Below the pieces are notes generated by a model, which was not told the DNA's origin, did not search any database, and saw nothing but the letters and a program-made list of their open reading frames with translations. DNA of 39,188 nucleotides from Nemertoderma westbladi (Eukaryota; Animalia; Xenacoelomorpha): assembly GCA_032718475.1 (NCBI GenBank), contig JAUCBJ010001269.1, forward strand, positions 1 to 39,188. The letters run 5' to 3'. Position 1 is the first letter of the stretch. The number at the start of each line of letters is the position of its first letter. The position numbers were made by a program, and so were the translations under genes. Below are positions 1 through 11,305 of the stretch, one piece after another.

Positions 1-364
1 CATGGTAACGCAAGCTGTAAATCAGCAACGCGCCTAACACAATGCAACAAACGTATTTGCCAAACCTATCGTAACATAATCTATAATTCAAGATATCTCA
101 TACATAGTTAACCCTATAAAAAGGTATATTTTAAATGCAATTATTTAAGCTTTTATGATAATCATAACATTGACTATATATATTATTGTTAACAGTCAAT
201 TTTTACTGCCTCTTTGCTGTCTTCCAAATAAAAAAGACACTTTTTACTATGATATACATTGTCTAATTTTATCCTACTTTCACAATATGAAATATTTTAT
301 TTATCTGAGCCTAACTCAGAATAATATTGATAAGTAAAACCATTTCAATTTTTTTTCTTTTTTC

Positions 365-3300
365 ATGAACATTTTAAATAAAAACATGATAGTAATAGGG
401 TCTCTTTTCTTACTAACCGTATTTTGTATTATTGCTACTTTGCCAAATTTTGTGATACATTTAAGTCATTTAAGACCTATAAATCTACTAGCTGTTTTTA
501 TTCCATTAATATGTCTGAATTGGGTACTAATGATTGTTATAATTTGTAGCACTATTAATAAATACCACTTAATATTGGTTTTTACTCGTTATTGTTTAAA
601 TATCATGCATTTAGGGTTGTATTTCACTGTATACATCCCATTTGGATTTACTGTACGCAACATACCGGTAACTGTGTATATTTTTACAAGTGTATGCACG
701 AAGGTGTATGGATGGGTTTGGTTACTGGCCTTGATACCGGGTGGGTTGAGCGTCAATCATTGGTACACATATCTGTTGGGCTGCGCCATCATTACATGTG
801 TATCCACTGAAATGTTATTGATCTATATCTTAGGAAAACTAAAATATATAATTGGAGCCCTTTTACAACCAACTTTAGCTAGTATTTACTACAAGCAACG
901 TACAATTAGGAAATTAAAACCACGAACAATTACAATTCATAACAGACACAGTATACATAGATTAAATAATAAACGGCAACCACATACAATAAGACTATAC
1001 TCAGTTGGAACCGCAGCCTATCTATTTGTAATCTACTTCGCGACATTTAATATACATACTAGACAGACCAAAGTTTGTACTAACTTACTAGTATGGGTCA
1101 CCTTCATTCCATTCTGTGCTATTGCTACTGGTACTATTTATATAAATTTTAAAATTAATATAAAAAATAATATGTCCTTGAGAGTCAACGTAATTATATT
1201 TCTAATTATATATATTTCGATATGGCAAATTAAAATTGTACAAAGACATGATTGCGTAAAAAAATTATCATTTAAACCAGCAATAACTAAAAGAGATTTA
1301 AAAAATTTTCAGCGTAATCATAAAACATATTGTATACTATTTTTCCAGGTACTGTGGCGGTCGTTTAAAATTTACCTTATTTCAGGGATAGATATTATGA
1401 TAATATTATCATTAACAGGGAATGGTTTACTTTACAGGGCAGGTGACGTACATAAAAACCCAGGTCCACGACAGAAAGTAACAAGCACTAAAAATAATAC
1501 ACCCAGCAGCTTATCTGAAATTCGTAGTTACCTAATAAATAATCCAAATGAATTAAAATTTATTCATATTAATATCAGAAGCCTACAAAAACATTACACT
1601 AATATAAGAGATATATTTGCAGGGATTGATAATAATAATACAATAATAGGTATCTCTGAGACATGGCTCAAACCTAGAATCTCTAATCGATCGATCAAGC
1701 TACCCGGATTTAGTGTATATAGATGCGATCGTAAAAGAAAACGTGGTGGGGGTGTCGCTATATATATACCAGATTCCCTTGAGCAGAAAATTAGACCAGA
1801 CATAAAATCAAATACAAATAAAAAAAAATCATACGAATCAGTTTGGGTTGAGGTGCAGAACCAATTTATGGTGGGGATAGCTTATAACCCTTCTGTGCAT
1901 CAAGCTACAACATTTCTGAATAATTTTAATACTGAAATTGAGAATGCAACCAATAGCTCAGCTTCCAAAGTTCTAATAATGGGAGATTTTAATATAAATG
2001 TTACTAATACGGAAAGCAATATTACCAAGGAATTGTGTGACGTAGTATCGCTCTATGACCTAAAGTTTTCCGATACAACTAAACCTACACGGTACAGTAA
2101 ACAAAAATTTTCTCTTTTAGACGTATTCATTTCATCTTTCTCAAATAATATAATGGAGCATCACACATTTCCATGTGATGTATCGGATCACGAATTTATA
2201 GCGATTAAATTAAAATCAAGTCTTGTAAGGTCATCCGAAATGAACAGGCCTATATGGCGAGAATTCAGAGATTTTGATAAATTTGATGAAAAGGGCTTTT
2301 TAATTGACATAAATAATATAAACTGGTCATTTCTCTATTCGGATCAAACCACTGATATTAAATATGATTGCTTTGAAGATAATCTTGAAAGTGTACTTAA
2401 TAAACATGCACCATTAAAAAAGAAATTATATAAACCTGTAAGTAACTCGCAGCAAAATAAGCATCTACCACCATGGTGGGATAAAGAATTGCAAAAACTA
2501 TTCGATGAGAAGCAGATGAACCTCCGTAAATGGCGTAACTCAAAGAAACTTAATGATCACAAAATATTTAAAAATAGTAGAAATGCTTTTAATGCCTTAA
2601 ACAGTAAAAATAAAAACAAATACGTTCAAAGTCAATTCAGGGAAGCAGCCTCACCAAGTGACAAATGGAAGATAATAAACAATCTCCTTAATAAAAGTAG
2701 TAAGAACAGCACAATAAAGCAATTAACCAACTCAAAATGTGTACTTGTAAATACAAGCAAAGGGATCGCGGAAATTCTAAATAATACATACATTGCTATG
2801 GGAAAATTCACTGGACTAACATGTACGATCCGAAATTCAGGTCTAATTTCAACTAATAATAAAACTAATTTAAATTGTCAATTCGGATTCGTTAACGTGG
2901 ATGAAATTACAGTAGATAACATATTTTCTAAAATAAATACAAATAAATCAGCAGGCCCTTCAAAATTACCTCCCAAAATTATAAAATTGTTGGGGCCCAA
3001 AATAATATTTCAATTTACATATTTAATAAATGAATGCATCACAAGGTCAATATTTCCAAAACGCTTAAAATACGCTGATGTTACTCCTTTATTCAAAAAT
3101 GGTGATAGGAGTGATCCAGTGAATTACAGACCAATTTCGGTAACGTCGACCTTAGAAAAAGTATTCGAAAAAGTATTATACAACCAGATAAGTGATTACC
3201 TAAATAAAAATAATTTGATAAACAAAACGCAATTTGGTTTTCGTAGGGGTTTTTCAACACGGGACGCAATAATTTATGCCACTGAAACTTGGAGGTACAG

Positions 3301-4474
3301 CCTAAACCAAAATAAACACGTAGCCGTAGGTGCACTAGACCTAAGTAAAGCATTTAATTCTCTAGACCATTCAATTCTTTTAGGTAAGCTAGTAGAATTA
3401 GGATTTCATGGCACTTCAATTAATATGATTAATAGTTTTCTCTATCCACGATATCAACGCACTAAAGCAAATGGTGTTTTCTCCACTTGGCAGCTCGTAC
3501 CTAGAGGAATTCCACAGGGGACCATTCTAGGGCCAATATTGTTTGTAATTTATGTCAATTCCATAGCAAATATACCGGATATACACTTGATACAGTACGC
3601 AGATGATACACTTATATACTGTACAAATAAGGATCCTCTAAAAGCATCACAAACCTTAGAAAAACACATACTCGCACTTGAAGAAATATTTTCAGACCTA
3701 AAACTAAAATTGAACAATAAAAAAACCGAATTCATGCTTATAAGCCCGCATTCTAGAACACCTGATATAGAGGAGATTGTCTTAAAAATTAATCCGAATA
3801 CGATAATTAACCAATCCAAATCAATTAAATATTTAGGTATACTAATAGACAACAGAATGGAATGGAGGGAACACATCAACGATATAAAACATAAAATGAC
3901 ACAAGCAATCTCCGGACTACGACAGATAAAAGGACAGTTACCACTCAAATCTAAACTTAATATATACAAGGCGACAGTCCTACCATATCATAACTATTGC
4001 TGCGAGGTCCTAATTTCAATACAAAACAGTTACGGTGCAAAGGGAATACTTTACGGGTTAGAAAAAATACAAAATTACGGCTTAAGGGTAGTGTATAGCA
4101 AGAAAAACAAGGACATGACAGGAACCGAATTACGAACCAAAGCAAAACTTCCTACACTGACAGCTCTACGAGAATACTTTGTATTAAAATTTTACTACAA
4201 ATATATATTTAATCTAAGTACACCATTTAAGAAACTACAACTACCATTTCTTAATAGTATAAGAACAAACGCATACTTAATAAATCCCAGAACACATAAT
4301 ATTAAAATACCTACTACTAGGAACAACTATGGATTTAAAAGTTTAACTGTCAGTGCTACAAAAATCTGGAACGCATCTCTTATTACTCTAAAACAAATAC
4401 GAAAACTAAAAACATACATGGATAGCATTAAAAATCATTATTATACAATATATGACCGTGACTCCATAACATAG
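365..4474 (+). CDS. LINE polyprotein, CR1/L2 group: hydrophobic N-terminal region + 2A-like motif + APE endonuclease + reverse transcriptase
   Basis: Intact 1369-aa ORF. APE motifs HINIRS, ISETW, GGGVAIY, MGDFN, SDH. RT motifs QFGFR, DLSKAF, PQGTILGPILF, QYADDT, KYLG. GDVHKNPGP at aa 360-368. Confidence 0.95.
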   Translation: MNILNKNMIVIGSLFLLTVFCIIATLPNFVIHLSHLRPINLLAVFIPLICLNWVLMIVIICSTINKYHLILVFTRYCLNIMHLGLYFTVYIPFGFTVRNIPVTVYIFTSVCTKVYGWVWLLALIPGGLSVNHWYTYLLGCAIITCVSTEMLLIYILGKLKYIIGALLQPTLASIYYKQRTIRKLKPRTITIHNRHSIHRLNNKRQPHTIRLYSVGTAAYLFVIYFATFNIHTRQTKVCTNLLVWVTFIPFCAIATGTIYINFKINIKNNMSLRVNVIIFLIIYISIWQIKIVQRHDCVKKLSFKPAITKRDLKNFQRNHKTYCILFFQVLWRSFKIYLISGIDIMIILSLTGNGLLYRAGDVHKNPGPRQKVTSTKNNTPSSLSEIRSYLINNPNELKFIHINIRSLQKHYTNIRDIFAGIDNNNTIIGISETWLKPRISNRSIKLPGFSVYRCDRKRKRGGGVAIYIPDSLEQKIRPDIKSNTNKKKSYESVWVEVQNQFMVGIAYNPSVHQATTFLNNFNTEIENATNSSASKVLIMGDFNINVTNTESNITKELCDVVSLYDLKFSDTTKPTRYSKQKFSLLDVFISSFSNNIMEHHTFPCDVSDHEFIAIKLKSSLVRSSEMNRPIWREFRDFDKFDEKGFLIDINNINWSFLYSDQTTDIKYDCFEDNLESVLNKHAPLKKKLYKPVSNSQQNKHLPPWWDKELQKLFDEKQMNLRKWRNSKKLNDHKIFKNSRNAFNALNSKNKNKYVQSQFREAASPSDKWKIINNLLNKSSKNSTIKQLTNSKCVLVNTSKGIAEILNNTYIAMGKFTGLTCTIRNSGLISTNNKTNLNCQFGFVNVDEITVDNIFSKINTNKSAGPSKLPPKIIKLLGPKIIFQFTYLINECITRSIFPKRLKYADVTPLFKNGDRSDPVNYRPISVTSTLEKVFEKVLYNQISDYLNKNNLINKTQFGFRRGFSTRDAIIYATETWRYSLNQNKHVAVGALDLSKAFNSLDHSILLGKLVELGFHGTSINMINSFLYPRYQRTKANGVFSTWQLVPRGIPQGTILGPILFVIYVNSIANIPDIHLIQYADDTLIYCTNKDPLKASQTLEKHILALEEIFSDLKLKLNNKKTEFMLISPHSRTPDIEEIVLKINPNTIINQSKSIKYLGILIDNRMEWREHINDIKHKMTQAISGLRQIKGQLPLKSKLNIYKATVLPYHNYCCEVLISIQNSYGAKGILYGLEKIQNYGLRVVYSKKNKDMTGTELRTKAKLPTLTALREYFVLKFYYKYIFNLSTPFKKLQLPFLNSIRTNAYLINPRTHNIKIPTTRNNYGFKSLTVSATKIWNASLITLKQIRKLKTYMDSIKNHYYTIYDRDSIT
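1442..1468 (+). other. 2A-like (StopGo) peptide motif GDVHKNPGP
   Basis: In frame, preceded by LLYRA. Matches D[V/I]ExNPGP except E->H. Lies shortly upstream of the APE domain, the usual place for 2A motifs in LINEs. Confidence 0.7.
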
Positions 4475-6920
4475 CAACAAGTAACTTATACAACTTAGAA
4501 TATACTGTGATAAAGTAAATAATTAATGTGTGTACGTATGTGTGGGTGGTGTAGTATGTGTGAAATAATGGTGTTTGTAATTGTAAGTATGGGGTGTGTG
4601 TGTCTATACGCGCCAATGTATTGGGTATGTATGTATAACATCAATATGACACCGTGGATACACAGTAATGTAATTAGTGTAGGTCAAGGATTTGTCTGCC
4701 ATACATGACGCTTATTCCCATAAATTATCAGCCGGGGCCACCCTCCATGCTGCCTTCAATTATTTTATATATTTGAAGTTTTGGGAATAAAAGAATTTAT
4801 TATTATTATTATTATTATTATTCATCAGGTGCCTGGAGAGATCTGATTTCCAGATGGTATCCATTTTTGATAGAGCTACCCAAACATTTGCTTTCCTAAC
4901 TTATATGTCCTTTTTGCTACTCTCTATCCATCATCCAAGGTACTGAAAGTCTTCGATCTTCCTTAGTTGATTATTATCAATGGTTGTCAAGTTTCAATCA
5001 ACATTAAAGGTCATGAATTCGGTCTCGGTAGCATTTATATGCAATCCAACCTCCTTAGCAGCCCTCTCTACTTTATTTAGTAGAAGCTGTGCATCTGCTA
5101 GCATATTAGAGAGCAGGGCGATGTCATCTGCAAAGTCGGTGTCTGTGACTGTAGTTGCCGGATATCTACTACTTCTGCGTTCTTGAAGTGTGAATCCCAG
5201 ATCTTCACCCTTTATTTTGTGGCCGTCCTCATTGCGTAATCCAGCACGATTACAAATAGTAATGGTGCTAATGTGTCACCTTGCAGTACGCCAGCCAGGA
5301 TTGAGAACAACTCAGTTTCACCATCTGGTGAGAGTACCTGCGCTTGTGTGTCACAATATAACAATCCAATGCCAGCAACAATTACTTCAGGTATTCCATA
5401 AGCTCTTAGGATTTCAAGCATTTTACCTCTATGGATGGAGTCGAATGCCTTCTTGAAGTCCACAAAAGTCATGACTGTGGGGATATTCTTTGACTTAATT
5501 CCTTCAGTCTACGTAGTGCAAGTATCTGAGCTATTGTTGATCTACTTGGTCGAAATCCGTTTTGGCTCTTACGCAGTAGTTTCTCTATGTGAGGCCTTAT
5601 CCTATATAGAATCATTTTATTGTATATTTTGGCAGCTACCACAAGCAGACAGACCCCATGATAGTTTGTTGGTATACCGAGGTCTCCTTTCATGGGGAGA
5701 GGCTTTAGTTGACCTTTAGTCCAAATTGGGTGGTGGCTTTTCCCCATTTAACATCCGGTTCAAACATTCAATAATGGTCTGTTTAGCACTCCTGTTTTTC
5801 ATACCTGGGATTTCATCTAATCCACTCGCTTTATTATTATTGGACATGCTTTTAATGCTTCTTTGGAGTTCAGCAGGTGTGATGTCCCCTGTTTCTATAG
5901 GTAGTGTCTTTCATATATTTTCCTTTTCGGGCTGACCTCGATGTTTGGTGGCTGCCCAAGCAAGTAGCTGAAGTGATTTTTCCACTTCCCAACACGTTCT
6001 TCAGGACTACCGGCTTTGAGGCGCCCCTTTGCACAACTTTTCCGACCAGATACCTCATTTACAGTTTGCCAGGTAAGTATTGATTGTTGCTGTATGTGAG
6101 CAGTTGTAATTGCTTCAATTTTATCATGTATGTACTTTTCCTGGCTGATGTTGTAGGCCAATTTAAGATCGTCCTTAGCTTTCTCAACCTTGTTAATGTT
6201 TTCGGTTGTTTGGTTTTAACTTTGTAGGCTATCTTAATATCTTCTCTCACTCTCTTACAAGTAACCTCAGAGTTTTGCCATGGCACATACTGTTTTCGTT
6301 TGGGTTTCTGGGGGATATGCCTATTAGCTGATTCCTTGTGGGCTGTTATTATATTCTGGTATATTGAATCGGTGGACTGGTCTTCATCCATTGACTGAAG
6401 TGCTTCAAAGCGGTTTTGAACTTCTACTGTGTAAGCATCCTTTACAGCATTGTCAGTTCTGAGTTTCTCCCAGTCATAGTTGATTTGCTTGCTTGTCCTG
6501 GGTTTGCTGGCTCTCAAACTGAGTCTGATCTCTGCAGTCACAATTCTTTGGTCCGAACCAATTAGGTTGAACGAGCTGTATGCCTCGCAGTTCATCATGC
6601 TGTTTCTCCACTTTCTGTTTATAAGGATGTAATCCAGTTGTGCTTTGGTTCCATTAGGGTATTGAAAGGTCCATAGCTTCCCCTTACTCTTTTCGAATGT
6701 GTTGTTTGTTGGTATCAATTCACATCCTTCCATTAGGTCTAAAAGTAAGTACCCATTTCTGTTAGAACTGGTGTTATAGGTGTAACCCTTGATGTCTTCT
6801 GGGCCAATTTGCGCTTTCAGGTCACCAGCAATAACTTTAACATTGTGTTTCGGAATGTCCTTTATAAGTCCAGTCAGATCTTCATAAAACTTGACTGCTT
6901 GTTCTGGCTCTGAGGCATTG

Positions 6921-8149
6921 GGGGCCGTTCACAAATCAGCTGACACTTTTTCAGGCCATTTTTTACCCCTCCCCCCTCGTATGACACCTTGATGACACTT
7001 TGGTTTGACCCCTCCCCCCCTATGCTGATGCGTCAGATTTAATATAATGCGATAAAAAGAATTACAATGTCGTAAGGAAGTACTTCTCAGGATTAATTAC
7101 TTCTTGATTCTTTTGAAAGTCTGAGTAATTGATAATAAAACTTGATTAAACACTTACAAATAAAAACTTTATTAAACACTAAATATGCAAACAGTATTAT
7201 ACACTACAATTACAGTACATCAAAACTTAATCATCGTCATCAGCGTCAACAAAGGGATTCCTAGCCATCAAGTCAAAAATGTTGCGAAATACAGGGGCAT
7301 CCTGATTTGGGGGTGGTCTGTGGGGCTCTTCCTCAGACTCCTCTGCTTCTTATTGATCCCCCTCTTCCTGATGCTCTACGTTCATCCTTCTGCGGAGGGG
7401 ATGGAGGGCCCTCCTATGCTGGAGCATGGCTGCCTGGCTCGGGAAGTAGATCCCACAGACACGACATTCCCTCTTGGGTACCTCATTTGTTTTGGAAGGG
7501 CAGTACAGATCGAAAGGAACTTCACCGATGTGACTTACCTATATACATACCCAATTGTGGATTTCCCCTGTCTACCCTTCTCGATCGCCTATTTATATTG
7601 CAAAAGTCATTAAATAATTAAACTGTATTATTTATAATAACAAAATAGGAGGAGGCTACATTTGGATTTCGTCATTTTTGACGCCATGGGTCTTCTAGTG
7701 TTAAACATACAAGAAAACGTTTTGTACCTACACTAAAAACTCAATTGCTTTAAATTTATTAAAGTTGTTACAATTTAATTGTAACAACTTTAATAAATTT
7801 AAGTCAATTATTTTCAAAGTTTTATTCACTACAGTCCATCTCGACAATTTTGTAATGTTAGGTACAAGGTACATATTGCTTTTGTACTGTACCGACAGAT
7901 GGCACTACTAAAATATGTTGGGTGCATACTGACAAACTCATCTTGCTTTATTTGACACCAGAGTTTATACTGAGAAAAAAGAACCAAAAAGGAAAGAAAG
8001 GTATGAAAAGCACATTTTCTAAAAAATCAGCTGACACCTTGGCTATACCCCTCCCCCCCCCCCCCCCCCCCCCTGATGACACTTTAATGACACCCCTCAT
8101 TGACCCTTCTCTCCCCCCTCGATGCGTCAGCTGATTTGTGAACGGCCCC
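6921..8149 (-). mobile_element. Internally deleted TIR DNA transposon, Zator-like (Harbinger is the alternative)
   Basis: Perfect 24-bp TIR GGGGCCGTTCACAAATCAGCTGAC. 3-bp TSD TTG at 6918-6920 and 8150-8152. Removing it restores the RTE reading frame. Confidence 0.9.
7227..7514 (-). pseudogene. Remnant C-terminus of a probable transposase with a C2H2 zinc finger
   Basis: Manual translation: FDLYCPSKTNEVPKRECRVCGIYFPSQAAMLQHRRALH...acidic tail*, with one internal stop at 7350-7352. Confidence 0.65.
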
Positions 8150-9516
8150 TTGGTTGGACTGTAGCAACATATAACTGTTGTCTTGGGATTCCCATCAAAT
8201 GTTGCCCTGGAATTTATAGATTCGATGTTGTTTATGGTCTCAAGTGCAAATGGGCTTAGCAGAATTCCTACTCCACCAATTGATGCATTGGCCGAGTTTC
8301 TTACTGCTGAGCTTGTTACTAATGTCCATCCATTTCCAATGTCATTGTACTTCATGGCAGTTTCTTCATGACAAATCCGATGTTCTTGGATGCAGATGAT
8401 GTCGATGTTATATTCCATTGCCAGAGCGACTATGACGACTATGATTATGACTATGGTAATACACAAAGATAGCAGGGTCTAGCATGGTGATAATTACCAT
8501 ACACGCTCCTGAGTGTCTAAGCCTTGTTAGCTTTGTATATTAAGTAGTAGGTATTAAGTAAGTATTAAGTAGTTCCAATGCTTTTCGCTTTGCTAGCCGA
8601 ATCACCTTATTGTCCCATCTATTTGTTTATTCGCTCGATAAAAGCAATAATAATAACAATATTTATATGTATAGAGATTCTCAACAATAATATAAAGCAA
8701 TTATAGAATTTATAAAACTGAACTTAATTAATTAATAATTGAATCTGCTGGGAATAATGGTGGGGGTAGACTTCCACTATACCTACATGCTAGTGCAGCT
8801 TCAGTCTACCACCAATAATTGGAGGAAAGGAGTTTAAATGAGTAAACAACATTTTTGATTCGACCATTGATATTTTGACCACTAATTCTGAGAAACTGAA
8901 AGTAACATAACTTTGTAATTGTGTTTTAAATTTGCTAACTTAAAAATGTTAACCCATGGTCCACTACATATTATTATAATATAGTAGTTGTTAGTAGATT
9001 TCGTCGAGTGGTAAGAATTCGAAATCGTACTAATCGATTCCTGTATCTCTAGGTATCTCTAGGAGTGTATCTCTAGGTGAATATCGACATCTTTCACGGT
9101 CAATCTGGTCGGCCAGGCAATCTGCTGTCGGAATAACCTATCGAACGATGGATGGACCCCAGAAGAAGTGTCATAAGAAAAGAATGGCTTTGTGGTTTTC
9201 GATGTATTTTGTTTCTGATATCAACTAGTAATCTTATGTACCTCACCAATACACCAATAAAGTCATCTCAACTACCTACTTTGCGGACAAAGTATTAACC
9301 AATAACTCTTAAATAAGCCAAATACACCGATAGGGGTTTGGTGATATTTGATGCAGAACTACACTCAAGAATGAAGTCTACACCAAATATCGACATTAAT
9401 AAATACACATATAACACCATCATCTGGTTCAATATCTAGTCAGCATCAACATACTATATTGATTGCTCACTCTTCGTCTACTACTAGAATCGGCATGCCG
9501 CATTGCAGCTGCATTT

Positions 9517-10128
9517 TTAAGAATGCTGTGCCGGCTTGTCGACAAAATTGCGCCGCCACAACTCCCTATCACCCATGACATTTGCTAGATCATCCGCATC
9601 TTTAAGGCCAGTGTCCTTTAAGATGCGTCTCAAGAAAGTCATGGGCTGTCCACCATGCTTATTCACTCCATGAAGCTGCAAAAGCACAAGATTATGCACT
9701 GGCTGGTCTTCACAGCGAAAGCAAGGTCCTTCAAAGCAGAGGCGACTTTGTTCTAGTGTCATGCTTGGGGGAACCAATGAGACACCTCCAATGTTATATA
9801 GTGTCTGGTTGGAGATGTGTGCATTGTACTTGACACAATGAACCAGGCGTAGCATTCTTGTGAATGTGCCATCCAGAGATTTGCTGTCCTCAGCAGTTAA
9901 AGCCTAGCATGGACTCCCATAGAGGAGTATTGGAACTACTGCTGCTCTAAATATTTGGACCTTAAGTTTCCGATTAATTCTCTGTGATTTCCTAATCCTG
10001 GAAAGCCTATTCAAGGCTGCCCATACCTTTCCCTTATGTATTCGAAGGTCCTCACCTGACTTCCGGATCCATGATTCCAGGTAACTCTTTGTCAATGTAT
10101 CCAAATGGACACACCTTCCCTCTATCAC
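9517..10128 (-). mobile_element. 5'-truncated RTE LINE 3' fragment
   Basis: YLESWI, LKVQIFRAAVVPILLYG, MLRLV..., DRELWRR. Homologous to 17627-18407 and 19590-20130. Confidence 0.8.
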
Positions 10129-10362
10129 GCTATCTCACACTTTTTAGCCAATATTACATCCTCGTTCATTGCTTATCTATTATCTTCTTATATTGGTTTA
10201 ATATTATTACTCACAGTAGGCAGGCCACCGTTAACTCACTGAAACCTGTATGGTATATAATAGCATACCTATAGTAATATACACGTAATCACTAAAATTT
10301 GTCTTGCAGATAGCATTAAAAATGAAATGGATAAATTTTATTTCGAATAAATATTATTTCAG

Positions 10363-10451
10363 ATTTATTGCAAACTTTGGAAGAGCAATTTCTGCGCATG
10401 GTGGATGTTTATGGCCAGCACCTACAACCTCTGCACTTTGTCTATAGAAAG
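10363..10451 (+). CDS. Class A GPCR exon (TM3)
   Basis: ag|IYCKLWKSNFCAWWMFMASTYNLCTLSIE(R)|gt. Phase 2 joins the next exon to give the ERY motif. Confidence 0.85.
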
Positions 10452-11305
10452 GTTGGTGTTTCCAATAGACAGCATTAATGTAATATAATAAAGCCGCTAA
10501 GGGAATATTTTAAAATTGTGTAACGTTTTAATTTTTTGTAAGAAAATGTTAACAACTCCCGGCCCACATGGGACTCTTTTTAAAAAAAAAAGATTAAAGT
10601 ATTAATCGACATCTGGCGAACATTCCATGCACAAATACATTTATAGTCCAGCAGATATTACATTATTATACCTTGCATGGAATAATAAGTATATAGTAAA
10701 CTGATTCTTGTAGGTAATATTGTTGTCATCAATAATTAGACAGATAACTGATAAAAGTGACAAAATTCAAGACCGAGTCTTGACTTTATTTTTATGCAAA
10801 ACCAATACGATTTTCGATCCAGAACGTTTTTACTCACTATTTATTATTTCATTGGGAACAGCCCCGGATTCAAGTTATAAAGTGTACTACTGTATGTCGT
10901 AACCAGATTGTAGTTTATGAAATTAATTTTATAAATTAATTCAATAACATACCATTGCATCAACTTCAATCCAACTACATTCCGGTTGTATTTTAATAAT
11001 ATTTAAAAACCTTCCCAAAATTGCAATAGATATATTAATTTTAACTTCCGGCGAAATTCATTAGAAAACTAACTTTACATAATCATTTCCAACAAAATAT
11101 ATGAGGTGAGACTGAAATGATAATTGTAATGAAAGTGCACCATAAGATGAGAATTCCGGTGATGTATGTTTAATTGCAGCTACTGCTACTGCAGTACTCT
11201 GGTAGTGTCCATTCAACAGTTCAATGCTTGTGATAGGCCTACCAGCCTTCACGACTCAGCGACTACCAATTACCGGTGACCGGTAATTCAGTAATACCTG
11301 GCTAA

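Larger units (their letters stand above)
155..4822 (+). mobile_element. CR1/L2-group non-LTR retrotransposon (5' end probably outside the window)
   Basis: ORF followed by a 3' UTR, AATAAA at 4786-4791 and an (ATT)n tail at ~4795-4822 that abuts a truncated RTE element. Confidence 0.85.
4823..8427 (-). mobile_element. Decayed RTE-clade LINE (APE+RT, frameshifted), interrupted by a DNA transposon at 6921-8149
   Basis: Minus-strand fragments IDIICIQEHR, GGVGILL, VICCYSPT|NASEPE (rejoined across the insert), QLDYIL, FVDFKKAFDS, GVLQGDTLAP, TDTDFADDIALL (5111-5149). Confidence 0.9.

Noticed and set aside
7185-7621. Plus-strand 142-aa and 104-aa ORFs
   Set aside because: Antisense shadows of the zinc-finger-bearing remnant.
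7948-8466. 172-aa ORF as a gene
   Set aside because: A chimera of RTE endonuclease sequence reading into the DNA transposon TIR and poly-G.
10071-10274. Candidate GPCR TM1/TM2 exon
   Set aside because: Hydrophobic but lacks the TM1 Asn and TM2 Asp motifs and convincing splice sites, and it overlaps an RTE fragment.
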